Origin: Bacilli bacterium
GTDB taxonomy: Bacteria > Bacillota_I > Bacilli_A > RF39 > UBA660
Direction: 5' to 3'
Assembly (NCBI GenBank): GCA_036649735.1
Contig: JAVWBB010000001.1
Location: 1 to 59,292, forward strand
DNA: 59,292 nt
Shown: in pieces, positions 37,182-47,569 of the stretch
How positions within the stretch are numbered: the first letter of the stretch is position 1
Layout: every line of letters begins with the position of its first letter
The notes under the pieces: model-generated
Databases searched by the model: none
Told to the model about the DNA's origin: nothing
The model's input: the letters and a program-made list of their open reading frames with translations, nothing else
Position numbers and translations under genes: made by a program

Positions 37182-38789
37182 CTATAATACGGGATATACT
37201 GATGGTCCAATTGGTAAACCAATTAAGTACCAACCAACTAATAACAAAATCCATGTTAAACTTATTATTAATAAGTATGGGCTTAAATAAGAAATGGCTT
37301 TTTTAATTCCTATTGGGTGTTCTTTATCAGTATTATATATATTTAAATATCCTAAATATATAACAAAGAAGCTTAGAAGCGGGGTTGCTCCTTTTACCAT
37401 TGAATCAGCTCCTCTTAAAATAAATTGTGCAAATTGTGGTGAAATGTTAGACTGCATTAATATTGGCACCACTACTGGGGAAAAGATTGCCCATTTTGAT
37501 ATAGGGTTAGGTAAAAAGAATGAAGTAAGTGCAATAACAATTATTACTAAAATAAGAAGCGGTAAACCACTAAAGGATAAATTGCTAATTAAATCTACTC
37601 CCCAAGCAGCAATAACCGTACCGATATTAGTTTGCTTAAAAACACTTATAAATTGCGAAGCAAAGAAAATTAAAATAACTAAACCGCCAATTTCTTTTGT
37701 ATGAATAGAAGCCTTTTCAACTAATTCACGATCATTTTTTATAGTCTTAGCCCCTAATCCATAAGCAATTCCTACTACTAATAATAATATAGCAATCATA
37801 TATGTAAATCCATCTTGGAAATAAGAGTTGATACCAAATAATTGATTTAAATACGTCTTTTCATTCATATCTAATAACATTCCAGAAAATGGTAAATTAG
37901 GTATAATCGTATAAATAAAGATTAAAATAAAGATGCCACCCCATATATAAGCATTTCTTAATCCGTCTGATTCTTTTTTACGAAGAGCTAGTTTTTCTTG
38001 TTCAACATCTTCTAATTGTTCTGTTTCTGTTTCTATTTCTATTTCTTTAGTATTTTCTAAATCTGATTTCGTTCTATATTTTCCTATTTTAGGAATAATT
38101 ATTTTTTCAATTATTAGCGTTCCAACTATTGATAAAATAATGGTAAAGGCAATCATAATAAATAAATTTGATGTTAAACTCACATGAAATCCTTCATCTA
38201 TTAATCTAGCTGCTACCGTAGTATATGGTATTAATCCAACTTCTGATGAACCAACAAAAATCGTTGCCCCATAACCAAAAGCAACTCCACAAAAAGCAGT
38301 TGTAATACCGGCTAAAGGATTTCTTCCATTTGCTAAAAATATAGCTGCCCCTAAAGGAATTAAAATTACATAACCTATATCATTTATTAAACTTGACATC
38401 GTTGCAAGTAAAATAAGGAAAAACGTTATTTTTTGATTATCTATTTTTAAAAAGTTCCTTTTAATAAGAGTTTCAATAAATCCTGTTGACTGTGCTACGG
38501 ATAAACCAATAATCGTTATTAATATTGTTGCAAGTGGTGCAAAGCTAATAAAGTTTCGACTAGCATTACTAATAACATATTTTAAGCCATCATAATTAAA
38601 TAACCCTTCAACTGCTACAAATACAGTTTCTAAAGCTCCGTTTTTAGGATTAATTGTACTATATGTTGCTTGAACTTGAAAAAAAGATAATACACTACTA
38701 ATAATCATTACGAATATTGTAAGTAATATAAAAGTTGTAATGGGATGTAAATTAAATTTTTTAAGTTTTAATTTTTTATGTTCCTTCAT
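37182..38789 (-). CDS. AbgT family transporter (p-aminobenzoyl-glutamate/antimetabolite transporter family)
   Basis: Polytopic, 535 aa. Extended collinear similarity by eye to E. coli AbgT (NFISFAPLATIL, IPLGAAIFLANGRNPLAGI). Confidence 0.8.
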   Translation of the reverse strand: MKEHKKLKLKKFNLHPITTFILLTIFVMIISSVLSFFQVQATYSTINPKNGALETVFVAVEGLFNYDGLKYVISNASRNFISFAPLATILITIIGLSVAQSTGFIETLIKRNFLKIDNQKITFFLILLATMSSLINDIGYVILIPLGAAIFLANGRNPLAGITTAFCGVAFGYGATIFVGSSEVGLIPYTTVAARLIDEGFHVSLTSNLFIMIAFTIILSIVGTLIIEKIIIPKIGKYRTKSDLENTKEIEIETETEQLEDVEQEKLALRKKESDGLRNAYIWGGIFILIFIYTIIPNLPFSGMLLDMNEKTYLNQLFGINSYFQDGFTYMIAILLLVVGIAYGLGAKTIKNDRELVEKASIHTKEIGGLVILIFFASQFISVFKQTNIGTVIAAWGVDLISNLSFSGLPLLILVIIVIALTSFFLPNPISKWAIFSPVVVPILMQSNISPQFAQFILRGADSMVKGATPLLSFFVIYLGYLNIYNTDKEHPIGIKKAISYLSPYLLIISLTWILLLVGWYLIGLPIGPSVYPVL

Positions 38790-38798
38790 ACATTCTCC

Positions 38799-38984
38799 TT
38801 AATCAATAATTTTTTTTATCTTTTTATTAAAATCCACTCTACTCATCATAACTACGTGGTTACAATTAATACATCTTATTTTAATATCGGCTCCTAACCT
38901 AATAATTACCCATTCATTATATCCACATGGATGACCTTTTTTCATCATTACTTTAGTACCTAAAGTATATTCTTTAGTTTCCAC
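38799..38984 (-). CDS. DUF951 family small protein
   Basis: 61 aa with a GHPCG....C.NC pattern. Conserved neighbour of ychF and parB in Bacillota. Confidence 0.7.
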   Translation of the reverse strand: METKEYTLGTKVMMKKGHPCGYNEWVIIRLGADIKIRCINCNHVVMMSRVDFNKKIKKIID

Positions 38985-39774
38985 TTTTAACCTCTAATGA
39001 ATTAGACATTTTAATATGGGCCTTTTCTAAGGCTTCTTTAATACTTCTTCGCATAATAATTTCAACATCATAGTTTTTAGTTGGCAATGTTTCAACCGTT
39101 AAACGATATACAATTGATGCTCCTGATATGTTGATAATTCCCACTAATTTAACTTTTCCTTTTATATTAGAAAGCTTTTCACTTAATTCTTCTACTAATT
39201 TATTCCATACTTTATCTAATTTATCTAAACTATTATCCGCACTTATTGTTACATCAACTATTGCTATAGAATTATTTAAACTATAGTTAATTAAATCTAT
39301 TATATTCCTATTAGCAATAATCTTAATAGCCCCATTAGCGTTTTTTAATTTAGTTGTCTTTAATCCTAAAAAGATTACTTCTCCCTTAAATCCACCAATT
39401 TCTACAATGTCTCCAAGCGTAAATTGATCTTCTGCAATAATTGTTATTCCCGATAAGAAATCTTTTATTAAATCTTGAAAAGCAAGTCCAACTACTAATC
39501 CTAAAATACCTAGCCCTGCTAATATAGCCTTAATATTAATACCAAAAACAGGCAAAATAGCTAATATAACTAGCCCTCCTATTACATATTTTAAAATATT
39601 TAAAAGAAGTAATCTAACCGTATTATTTTTTTTATCTAACTCTTTTTTCAACGTTAATTTAAGCCTAAAAAAATTATTAATAATATTCTTCAATATTGTA
39701 TATATTACTGTTCCTATGGCTATATAAATAGCCGGTATACTAATTAATTTTATAATTTTACAAAATATTTCCAT
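38974..39774 (-). CDS. Small-conductance mechanosensitive channel (MscS family)
   Basis: Three N-terminal TMs, then the beta-domain GDIVEIGGFKGEVIFLGLKTTKL. Confidence 0.8.
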   Translation of the reverse strand: MEIFCKIIKLISIPAIYIAIGTVIYTILKNIINNFFRLKLTLKKELDKKNNTVRLLLLNILKYVIGGLVILAILPVFGINIKAILAGLGILGLVVGLAFQDLIKDFLSGITIIAEDQFTLGDIVEIGGFKGEVIFLGLKTTKLKNANGAIKIIANRNIIDLINYSLNNSIAIVDVTISADNSLDKLDKVWNKLVEELSEKLSNIKGKVKLVGIINISGASIVYRLTVETLPTKNYDVEIIMRRSIKEALEKAHIKMSNSLEVKSGN

Positions 39775-39776
39775 AA

Positions 39777-40658
39777 TTATTTATCCATTCCTATAATTTC
39801 TAATATCCTGTTTAAATCGTGAACATTAGTAAATGAAATTTCTATTTTATTGTTTTTTATTTTAACTCTAGTTCCTAATTTTTCAATCATTGTCTCTTCA
39901 ACATATTTATATTCACTATTTTTTAATTCATGATGTTCGTTTTTTACCTTTTTTTCATAAATATCATCTTTTGCTAATTCTTCTAATCTTCGCACATTTA
40001 AGCCTTGTTCTACTATTTTTTTACCAAGTTCTAAAACTTGATGTTTATTTTCAATCTTGCTAAGTACTCTTGCATGTCCCATTGATATTTCATTATTTAT
40101 AATCATCTGTTTTATATCCTCAGGTAAATTTAAGATCCCAATCATATTTGTAATATGGCTACGACTTTTACCTAATTTAAGGGATAATTGTTCTTGAGTT
40201 AAAGATAATGATTCAATTAACTTCTTATAAGCCATCGCTTCTTCTAAAGCATTTAAATTTTCTCTTTGCAAGTTTTCTAAAAGTGCTATCTCCATCATTT
40301 CTTCATCTGTAAAATCTCTAATAATAGCGGGTATTGTATCAAGCCCTGCCAAAATAGAAGCTTTTACTCTTCTTTCTCCGGCAATTATTTCATATCCGCG
40401 AATACTTTTTTTAGCAATTATCGGTTGAAATACACCGTGTTCTTTAATTGAATCTGCTAATTCTTGTAAAGCTAATTCATTAAAGTTTTTTCTTGGCTGA
40501 TATGGATTACTCCTTAATTCTTTTAGTGAAATCTCCATTATTTCTTCAGCTTTAGCAGTTGTTATAATATGTTCTTCAATTTTGTTTACATCAAGAGTTG
40601 TCGTATTAAACAATTCCTCTAATCCTCGGCCTAATGCTCTTCTTCTAGATGTTTCCAT
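39777..40658 (-). CDS. parB: Chromosome partitioning protein ParB/Spo0J
   Basis: RRALGRGLEELF N-terminus, GERRVKAS (GERR box), and a Spo0J-type recognition region GKSRSHITNMIGILNLP...ISMGHARVL. Confidence 0.9.
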   Translation of the reverse strand: METSRRRALGRGLEELFNTTTLDVNKIEEHIITTAKAEEIMEISLKELRSNPYQPRKNFNELALQELADSIKEHGVFQPIIAKKSIRGYEIIAGERRVKASILAGLDTIPAIIRDFTDEEMMEIALLENLQRENLNALEEAMAYKKLIESLSLTQEQLSLKLGKSRSHITNMIGILNLPEDIKQMIINNEISMGHARVLSKIENKHQVLELGKKIVEQGLNVRRLEELAKDDIYEKKVKNEHHELKNSEYKYVEETMIEKLGTRVKIKNNKIEISFTNVHDLNRILEIIGMDK

Positions 40659-41433
40659 TTCTTTGAATCACTTCCTTCGCTAAATTTAAATAAGCTTCTG
40701 AGCCTCTACTTTTAGGGTCATACGCTATAATTGGCTTTCCATGTGATGGTGCTTCAGTTAATCTAATAAGTCTTGGTATAATTGTATTATATACTCTTTC
40801 TTTAAAATATTTTTTAATATCTTCGACAACTTCTAATCCTAAGTTAGTTCTAGAATCTAACATTGTAAGTAGGACTCCTTCGATATCTAAATTAGGGTTT
40901 AAATTTTTTTGGGCTAGAGCAATTGAATTAAGCAACTGCATAATTCCTTCCAAAGCAAAAAACTCGCATTGTACGGGTATAATTACCGAATTAGAAGCTG
41001 TTAAAGCATTGGTTGTTATTAATCCTAATGATGGTGGACAATCAATAATTATATAATCATAGTACTCTTTAATCGTATCTAAATGCATTTTTAATTGTTC
41101 ACTACGCGAAAATCCTTCAATACTATAACTTTTTTCCATTAATTCTAAATCAATACCTGCTAAATTAATTGTAGCTGGTAGTAAATGCAAATTTTTATAT
41201 TTAGTTTTAACAATTGCTTCATTAATAACACAGTTACCTGTTAAAACATCATAAATACATTTATCAATATCACCCTTATTAATACCAACACCCGTTGTAG
41301 TATTTCCTTGAGGGTCTAAATCAATTAATAAAGTCTTTTTACCTAATAATGCTAAAGATGCCGATAAGTTGATACTTGTTGTTGTTTTACCTACGCCACC
41401 TTTTTGATTAACCATAGATATAATCTTTCCCAT
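40645..41433 (-). CDS. parA: Chromosome partitioning ATPase ParA/Soj
   Basis: Deviant Walker A NQKGGVGKTTT. ATG 41433 follows GAGGAAG; the track ORF runs to 41454. Confidence 0.9.
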   Translation of the reverse strand: MGKIISMVNQKGGVGKTTTSINLSASLALLGKKTLLIDLDPQGNTTTGVGINKGDIDKCIYDVLTGNCVINEAIVKTKYKNLHLLPATINLAGIDLELMEKSYSIEGFSRSEQLKMHLDTIKEYYDYIIIDCPPSLGLITTNALTASNSVIIPVQCEFFALEGIMQLLNSIALAQKNLNPNLDIEGVLLTMLDSRTNLGLEVVEDIKKYFKERVYNTIIPRLIRLTEAPSHGKPIIAYDPKSRGSEAYLNLAKEVIQRNGNI

Positions 41434-41536
41434 TTTTCCACTTCCTCTATTCATTATTTATATTCTACCAAAATTATTAAACTTTGAATACCTTTTTCGT
41501 TTAAAAAAGTAGATTTTATTCTACTGTTTTGTTTTA

Positions 41537-42757
41537 CTAATTTTTATCGATAGTAATAATAATTTTATACTTGTCTTCAAAATCCATTTCCTCTGTATCA
41601 ACTATAAAACCAGATCTTTCTATTTTCTTAATTAAATCTCGAGTTGTATTAATCGCACTTTTTAAATCAAATACATCTAAAGCTTCAGCATTATTTTTAT
41701 AATTGTTATTAATTAGTACATTAGATATATTATTTAAACTTTCAAGTTTTTCATCTAAACTTTCTATGTCTTCAACTTCATTATTTATAATAGACTCAGG
41801 CTCTTCATTTACAACTGGAGTTGTTTTAATAGAATCAATAAACATCGTGTCAGTTTTAAATTCTTCCTTAGGCGTTACTTTTTCAAATGAATTGATAATT
41901 GCAGGTGTATCAACAACTACATTTTCACTAGTTAATTCTTTTATTTCATCATCAAAGGAAGGAATGAATTTATAATTCTGTTCTTTAAAAGGGACCTCGT
42001 CATTAGTTTTTAATAATGAATCTAAATTAGCCAATGGTTTTTCAGGTGGAAGAATATCCTCATAAGCACTTTTAATTTCATTTATATTACTTGGACTTTT
42101 ATATATATTATTTGATATATTAATTGAAGGAGTGTTAATTGTCTCAGAAATATTAGAAGACATCCCTTTTATTAGTAAATCTAATTCGCGAACGGTCATT
42201 TTATTAGTTATAATTTTATCTAGCATCGCAATTTGTTGCTCTTTTTCATTTAAATTAAGTAAAGTTCGCGCATGTTTTTCTGATATTTTTTCTTGTAAAA
42301 GGGCATCTTGAATTTCAATTGGCAATGACAACAATCTTAATTTATTAGCAATGGATGATTGAGATTTACCCATAGTAACCGCTAATTGCTCTTGCGTAAT
42401 TGGATCTAATTCTAATATTTTTTGAAATGTACGCGCTTCTTCAATAGGATTTAAATCTTTTCTTTGCAAATTTTCTAGCAATGCTACTTTAGAAGATTCT
42501 TTATCATCTAAATTTCGAACAATCGCGGGTATTTTTGTAAGACCGGCTAAAGTAGTAGCCTTATATCTTCTTTCTCCAGCAATGATCTCATATTTATCGC
42601 CAATGTTACGTACAATTATTGGTTGTATTACACCGTGTTCTTTTATTGATGCTGCTAATTCTTTTAAAGCCGCATCTTCAAATATTTCTCTTGGTTGAAA
42701 TCTATTAGGAATTATATCATCTAAGTACAATTCAACTATTTCTCTTTCATTATTCAT
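41537..42757 (-). CDS. noc: Nucleoid occlusion protein Noc (ParB paralogue) with an expanded internal linker (406 aa)
   Basis: PNRFQPREIF, GERRYKAT, and a Noc-type recognition region GKSQSSIANKLRLLSLP...ISEKHARTL (compare B. subtilis Noc GKSQSTIANKLRLL...ERHAR). Position between rsmG and parA as in Bacillus. Confidence 0.8.
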   Translation of the reverse strand: MNNEREIVELYLDDIIPNRFQPREIFEDAALKELAASIKEHGVIQPIIVRNIGDKYEIIAGERRYKATTLAGLTKIPAIVRNLDDKESSKVALLENLQRKDLNPIEEARTFQKILELDPITQEQLAVTMGKSQSSIANKLRLLSLPIEIQDALLQEKISEKHARTLLNLNEKEQQIAMLDKIITNKMTVRELDLLIKGMSSNISETINTPSINISNNIYKSPSNINEIKSAYEDILPPEKPLANLDSLLKTNDEVPFKEQNYKFIPSFDDEIKELTSENVVVDTPAIINSFEKVTPKEEFKTDTMFIDSIKTTPVVNEEPESIINNEVEDIESLDEKLESLNNISNVLINNNYKNNAEALDVFDLKSAINTTRDLIKKIERSGFIVDTEEMDFEDKYKIIITIDKN

Positions 42758-42977
42758 TCTATAACCTCACTTTTATTCTTTTAATATCTTAATTTTATTA
42801 TATAATAAAAATCCATATAATTCAAAGAAAATAAAATTATTTTAAAATTTAAAAAAAAATTCCTATTATTTTAAAAAATAATATGATATATTTAATAAGT
42901 AAAGTGCTGTAAATGAGGTGGTAATATAAACTAGACTTATTCCTAAAAACCAAAAAGAAAGAAAGAGAGAAACTAAT

Positions 42978-43607
42978 ATGAAAGATTATAAAAAGCCCCT
43001 TTTAATACTTGGTGTTTTAGCCTTAATTATAGGTGTTATTACTATTCCTATGTTACTAAAAAAAGAAAAAGGTACTAAAATTCAGTATAAAAAATATTTA
43101 ACTGAAAATAGAGCCCTTAATAATACTATCAATGGATATGATGAAAAATTAAAACTTAGCTTTGCTGAATATCAAAGTGGTAAAATGACTGCTGATCAAT
43201 ACTTTAATAAAGTTGAAGAAATTAGAAAAGATAAAGATAAAGTTAAAGCTGAACAATTAAATTTAAAGAAAGAATATAAACTAGACGGCGATTTAAAAGA
43301 TGTTGTATTTAGTGATAATAAAGAAACTGATGCTAAACTTAAAGATTTATTTTTAAAGAGTCAAGCTTTAGAAGAAGAAGATGAGAAGTTAGATAAAGAA
43401 GAGGAAGCTTTAGAAAAATCATTTGAAGATGGTGCTATTTCCGAAGCTGAATTTGAAACTAAAAAGGCCGCTATTGAAGCAAGAGAAGAAGCCTTAGAAT
43501 CGCAAGAAGAAGAATTAGATGCTCAAGAAGATTTATTAGACATTGATGATGAAGATGATAATGAAACTGAAGATGATGAACAAGATGATGATAAGGATAC
43601 TGATTAA
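42978..43607 (+). CDS. Hypothetical membrane-anchored coiled-coil protein with a highly acidic tail (209 aa)
   Basis: TM LLILGVLALIIGVITIPMLL, Lys/Glu-rich heptad-like middle, C-terminal DDEDDNETEDDEQDDDKDTD. Confidence 0.55.
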   Translation: MKDYKKPLLILGVLALIIGVITIPMLLKKEKGTKIQYKKYLTENRALNNTINGYDEKLKLSFAEYQSGKMTADQYFNKVEEIRKDKDKVKAEQLNLKKEYKLDGDLKDVVFSDNKETDAKLKDLFLKSQALEEEDEKLDKEEEALEKSFEDGAISEAEFETKKAAIEAREEALESQEEELDAQEDLLDIDDEDDNETEDDEQDDDKDTD

Positions 43608-43619
43608 GAATAAAATAAA

Positions 43620-43650
43620 AATGATAGGAATTTAAAACCTATCATTTTTA
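43620..43650. terminator. Bidirectional rho-independent terminator between the convergent genes
   Basis: AATGATAGG-9 nt-CCTATCATT perfect stem, flanked by an A run and a T run. Confidence 0.65.
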
Positions 43651-43688
43651 TTTTATATTTATATTATTAAATTTATAACAATAGAATA

Positions 43689-44318
43689 TTACTTAGTAAT
43701 CTTTAATAAAGAACGATTACTATTTTCTATTGGTAAAGTAAATTCTAATAGTTTATCTATTTTTAAATGTTTTTTATTAATAATTTTAGATGATTCTATT
43801 AACTCTTCTTGTATATTTCCCTTCATTATTAATAATTTAGTAGAATCATTCATCAAAGGATAACAAATATCGATTAATTTAGATAGTTTAGCGACTGCTC
43901 TTACCGTTATTATATCAAATGTAGTATTTATGTCTTCTACACGAGAATGAAGCGCAGTAATGTCTAATAAGCCTAATTCTTTAATTACTTCATTTAAATA
44001 AAGAACACGTTTATTTAAAGAATCAACTAGGGTGATTTTTAAATTAGGATAAACAATTTTTAACACAATTCCTGGAAATCCAGCACCACTACCAACATCA
44101 CATAAAGTCTCATTCGTAAACGAATATATTTTAGACAATGTAAGGCTGTCATAAAAATGTTTTAAATAAATCTCTTTTAAATCTACTATTCGCGTTAAAT
44201 TAATACGTTTATTCCAGCTAATTAGTAATTGATAAAATTTATTTAACTGTTCTAATTGAAGAGGTGTTAAAAAGATATTATCTAATTCTAAAGCTTTAAT
44301 AAATTCAAATTCACTCAT
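43689..44318 (-). CDS. rsmG: 16S rRNA (guanine527-N7)-methyltransferase RsmG
   Basis: SAM motif CDVGSGAGFPGIVLKI. Conserved position after mnmG. Confidence 0.9.
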   Translation of the reverse strand: MSEFEFIKALELDNIFLTPLQLEQLNKFYQLLISWNKRINLTRIVDLKEIYLKHFYDSLTLSKIYSFTNETLCDVGSGAGFPGIVLKIVYPNLKITLVDSLNKRVLYLNEVIKELGLLDITALHSRVEDINTTFDIITVRAVAKLSKLIDICYPLMNDSTKLLIMKGNIQEELIESSKIINKKHLKIDKLLEFTLPIENSNRSLLKITK

Positions 44319-46173
44319 TATTGTACTTCCTTTTTAAATAAATTGTAATAATCGATATATCAGAAGGATTAATTCCACTAATTCGACTAGCTTGACCAAC
44401 AGTTTTTGGTCTTACTAATTCTAACTTTTGTAATGCTTCACTAGCTAAATTATGAATATTTTGATAATTAATATCTAATGGTATTTTAATATTTTCTAAA
44501 TTACCTAACTTTTGAGCTTCTCTTATAGACTTTTTAATATATCCTTCATATTTAGCATATATTTCTACTTGCTCTAAAACTTCATTATCATAATCTAAAT
44601 TTATAAACTTTTTTAAATCATTAATTTTAATTTCTGTTCTTTTTAAAAAGTCAAATAAAGTCATTGAATCTAGTAATACTGGCGTTTTTAGTAATTCAAA
44701 ATATTCTTTAACTTCAGCTTTAGGAGTTATTTTAATTGTCTTTAATTGCTCGATTAAATTATTTATATTATTTTCTTTAAGTAAAAACTTATCATATCTA
44801 TCTTTACTTATTAAACCAACTTCATAACCATATTTAGTTAATCTTAAGTCTGCATTATCATGTCTTAAGAGTAAACGATATTCTGCTCGAGAAGTTAACA
44901 AACGATACGGTTCTTTAGTTCCTTTAGTTACTAAATCATCAATTAATACTCCAATATAAGCTTCATTTCTTTTTAATATTAATTGTTCTTTATTTTCTAG
45001 TGTTAAGGATGCATTAATACCCGCTAATAAACCTTGACAAGCGGCTTCTTCATAACCACTAGTGCCATTAATTTGTCCTGCTGTATATAAATTTTTAATT
45101 ATTTTAGTTTCTAAAGAAGGGTTAATGTTTAAAGGATCAATTGCGTCATATTCAATGGCATAAGCAAATTTATTAATTATGCAATTTTCTAAACCTGGTA
45201 AACTTCTAATCATTTTTTCTTGTATATCATAAGGCATACTAGTTGAAAAACCTTGTAAGTATATGTCATTATAATAAATACTTTCTGGCTCTAAAAATAA
45301 TTGATGTCTTTCTTTATCAGCAAATTTTACAACTTTATCCTCAATTGAAGGACAATATCTAGGACCAATTCCTGAAACATATCCTCCATACATACTTGAT
45401 TTTTTTAAGTTATCTTTAATTATTTGATGGGTAAGGGGAGTTGTATATATTAAATGACAGGGTATTTGTTTGTTAACATCGTAATTGGGGATATTATCAT
45501 AAGAAAAACTATATTTCTTTAAATCTCCTGTTTCTAATTTAGTTTTAGTAAAATCAATACTGTCTTTTTCAATTCGTGGAGGAGTTCCTGTTTTTAATCT
45601 TTGAATTGTAAAACCATATTTTTTTAAATTATCACTTAAATAAAGAGAAGGATTTTGGTTATTTGGACCGCTTCTTCTTTTAGTATCTCCAACTAATATA
45701 TCTGCTTTTAAATATGTTCCCGTTGTTAAAATAACGGCTTTAGCTAATATTTTTTGATTGTTACTTAAAACTATTCCTTTTACCAAGTTATTTTCTATAA
45801 TTAAATCTTCTACCATACCTTCAAGAATAGTTAAATTATTTGTCTGTTTTAATGTTTTTAACATTTCTTTTGGATAAGTTATTTTATCGGCTTGAGCTCG
45901 AAGTGCTTGAACAGCTGGGCCTTTTTTAGTGTTAAGCATTTTAATTTGTAAAAATGACTTATCGACATTTTTAGCCATTTCACCACCTAAAGCATCAATT
46001 TCACGAACAACAATTCCTTTTGCTGGTCCTCCAATTGATGGATTGCAAGGCATTGTCGCAATATTATTAATATCCCCTGTAACTAGAAGAGTTTTATGAT
46101 TTTTTCGACTAGCTGCTAAAGATGCTTCACATCCAGCATGTCCTCCTCCAACAACAATTATTTCATATTCCAT
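44311..46173 (-). CDS. mnmG: tRNA uridine 5-carboxymethylaminomethyl modification enzyme MnmG (GidA)
   Basis: FAD motif IVVGGGHAGCEA. 620 aa. Canonical GidA blocks (GPRYCPSIEDK). Confidence 0.95.
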   Translation of the reverse strand: MEYEIIVVGGGHAGCEASLAASRKNHKTLLVTGDINNIATMPCNPSIGGPAKGIVVREIDALGGEMAKNVDKSFLQIKMLNTKKGPAVQALRAQADKITYPKEMLKTLKQTNNLTILEGMVEDLIIENNLVKGIVLSNNQKILAKAVILTTGTYLKADILVGDTKRRSGPNNQNPSLYLSDNLKKYGFTIQRLKTGTPPRIEKDSIDFTKTKLETGDLKKYSFSYDNIPNYDVNKQIPCHLIYTTPLTHQIIKDNLKKSSMYGGYVSGIGPRYCPSIEDKVVKFADKERHQLFLEPESIYYNDIYLQGFSTSMPYDIQEKMIRSLPGLENCIINKFAYAIEYDAIDPLNINPSLETKIIKNLYTAGQINGTSGYEEAACQGLLAGINASLTLENKEQLILKRNEAYIGVLIDDLVTKGTKEPYRLLTSRAEYRLLLRHDNADLRLTKYGYEVGLISKDRYDKFLLKENNINNLIEQLKTIKITPKAEVKEYFELLKTPVLLDSMTLFDFLKRTEIKINDLKKFINLDYDNEVLEQVEIYAKYEGYIKKSIREAQKLGNLENIKIPLDINYQNIHNLASEALQKLELVRPKTVGQASRISGINPSDISIITIYLKRKYNNE

Positions 46174-46182
46174 TTATAACAT

Positions 46183-47538
46183 CTACTTTCCTAAACAAAA
46201 TTTACTAAATAGGGCATCTAACAATTCTTCATCATATGATATACCTATTATTTCTCCTAATAAATCCCATATTTTTTTAATATCTATTTCAATTATATCT
46301 AAAACTTGATTGTTTAAAATACTAACCTTAATATCATTTAAAAGCTCTAAGGCTTCGTTTGCTTTGGCTATTTGCCTTGTATTTGTTAAATAATTAAAAT
46401 CACCATTATTTATTAAATCTAAATTAAATAGTTCTTTTATTTTATCTTTCAATGTTTTTATCCCATCAAATGATAATGTATTACAATAGACTATATTTGT
46501 TAAATTCATACTGAAAATATCTATTTTTTGAACTAAATCAATCTTATTAATAACTGTAATAACGTTTTTATTTTTTAAACGTTCAATAATTTCTATATCA
46601 TCTTTTTCTAATGGCTCGTTATTATTAAGCACTAAAATAATTAAATCGACATTTTCAATCATAGAAAGTGACTTATTAACCCCTAACTTTTCAATTAAAT
46701 TACTCGTTTCTCTAATTCCTGCAGTATCAATAAAATTAACTATAAATCCATCAATAGTTATTGAACCTTCAACTATATCTCTAGTTGTTCCTGGGGTATT
46801 TGTAACAATTGCTTTTTCTTCATTAATTAACTTATTTAAAATACTACTTTTCCCAACATTTGGTCGTCCAATTATTGCCACATTTATTCCATCTTTAATT
46901 ATTTTACTATTACTTGATTCTTTTACTAAATTAATTAATTCTTTTTCAATTTCTTTTAAATTATCTTTTAACAATGATAAAGTCATTTCTTCTATATCTT
47001 CATATTCAGGATAATCTATATTTACTTCAATATTAGCAATTACATTTAATAGTTTTTCTCTTAATTTTACAATTAAATTAGTTATATTCCCATTAACAGC
47101 GTTTATTGCTAATTTCCGAGCAGATTCAGATTTGGTATTTATTAAATCCATAATATTTTCGGCCTCAATTAAATCAATTCTTCCATTTAAATATGCTCTT
47201 TTAGTAAATTCACCTGGTAAAGCCATTCTTATTCCTAAAGATAAAATTATTTCTAAAACTTTCTTAGTAGGCGCAATCCCACCATGACAATTTATTTCAA
47301 TAACATCTTCTTTTGTAAAGGTTTTTGGAGCTTTCATAATTGTTACTAAAACTTCATCAATTATTTCTTCTTTATAAACAATATGACCATAATGAATGGT
47401 ATGGCTAGCAACTTTTGTTAAATCTGTTCCTTTAAATACTTTATTAATCTTGGAAACTATTTCCTCACCACTGATTCGAATAATCGAAATGGCTCCAACT
47501 CCTAAAGCTGTTGAAATAGCTACGATAGGTTCATTCAT
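46183..47538 (-). CDS. mnmE: tRNA modification GTPase MnmE (TrmE)
   Basis: G1 GRPNVGKSS, DTAGIR, and the C-terminal FCLGK motif. Confidence 0.95.
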   Translation of the reverse strand: MNEPIVAISTALGVGAISIIRISGEEIVSKINKVFKGTDLTKVASHTIHYGHIVYKEEIIDEVLVTIMKAPKTFTKEDVIEINCHGGIAPTKKVLEIILSLGIRMALPGEFTKRAYLNGRIDLIEAENIMDLINTKSESARKLAINAVNGNITNLIVKLREKLLNVIANIEVNIDYPEYEDIEEMTLSLLKDNLKEIEKELINLVKESSNSKIIKDGINVAIIGRPNVGKSSILNKLINEEKAIVTNTPGTTRDIVEGSITIDGFIVNFIDTAGIRETSNLIEKLGVNKSLSMIENVDLIILVLNNNEPLEKDDIEIIERLKNKNVITVINKIDLVQKIDIFSMNLTNIVYCNTLSFDGIKTLKDKIKELFNLDLINNGDFNYLTNTRQIAKANEALELLNDIKVSILNNQVLDIIEIDIKKIWDLLGEIIGISYDEELLDALFSKFCLGK

Positions 47539-47569
47539 AAATTATCTCCTTTCTTTAGAAAAAAGGAGT

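Noticed and set aside
37093-37704. Plus-strand ORFs 37093-37290 and 37294-37704
   Set aside because: They are antisense to ychF and the AbgT transporter gene, whose product aligns collinearly with known AbgT proteins.
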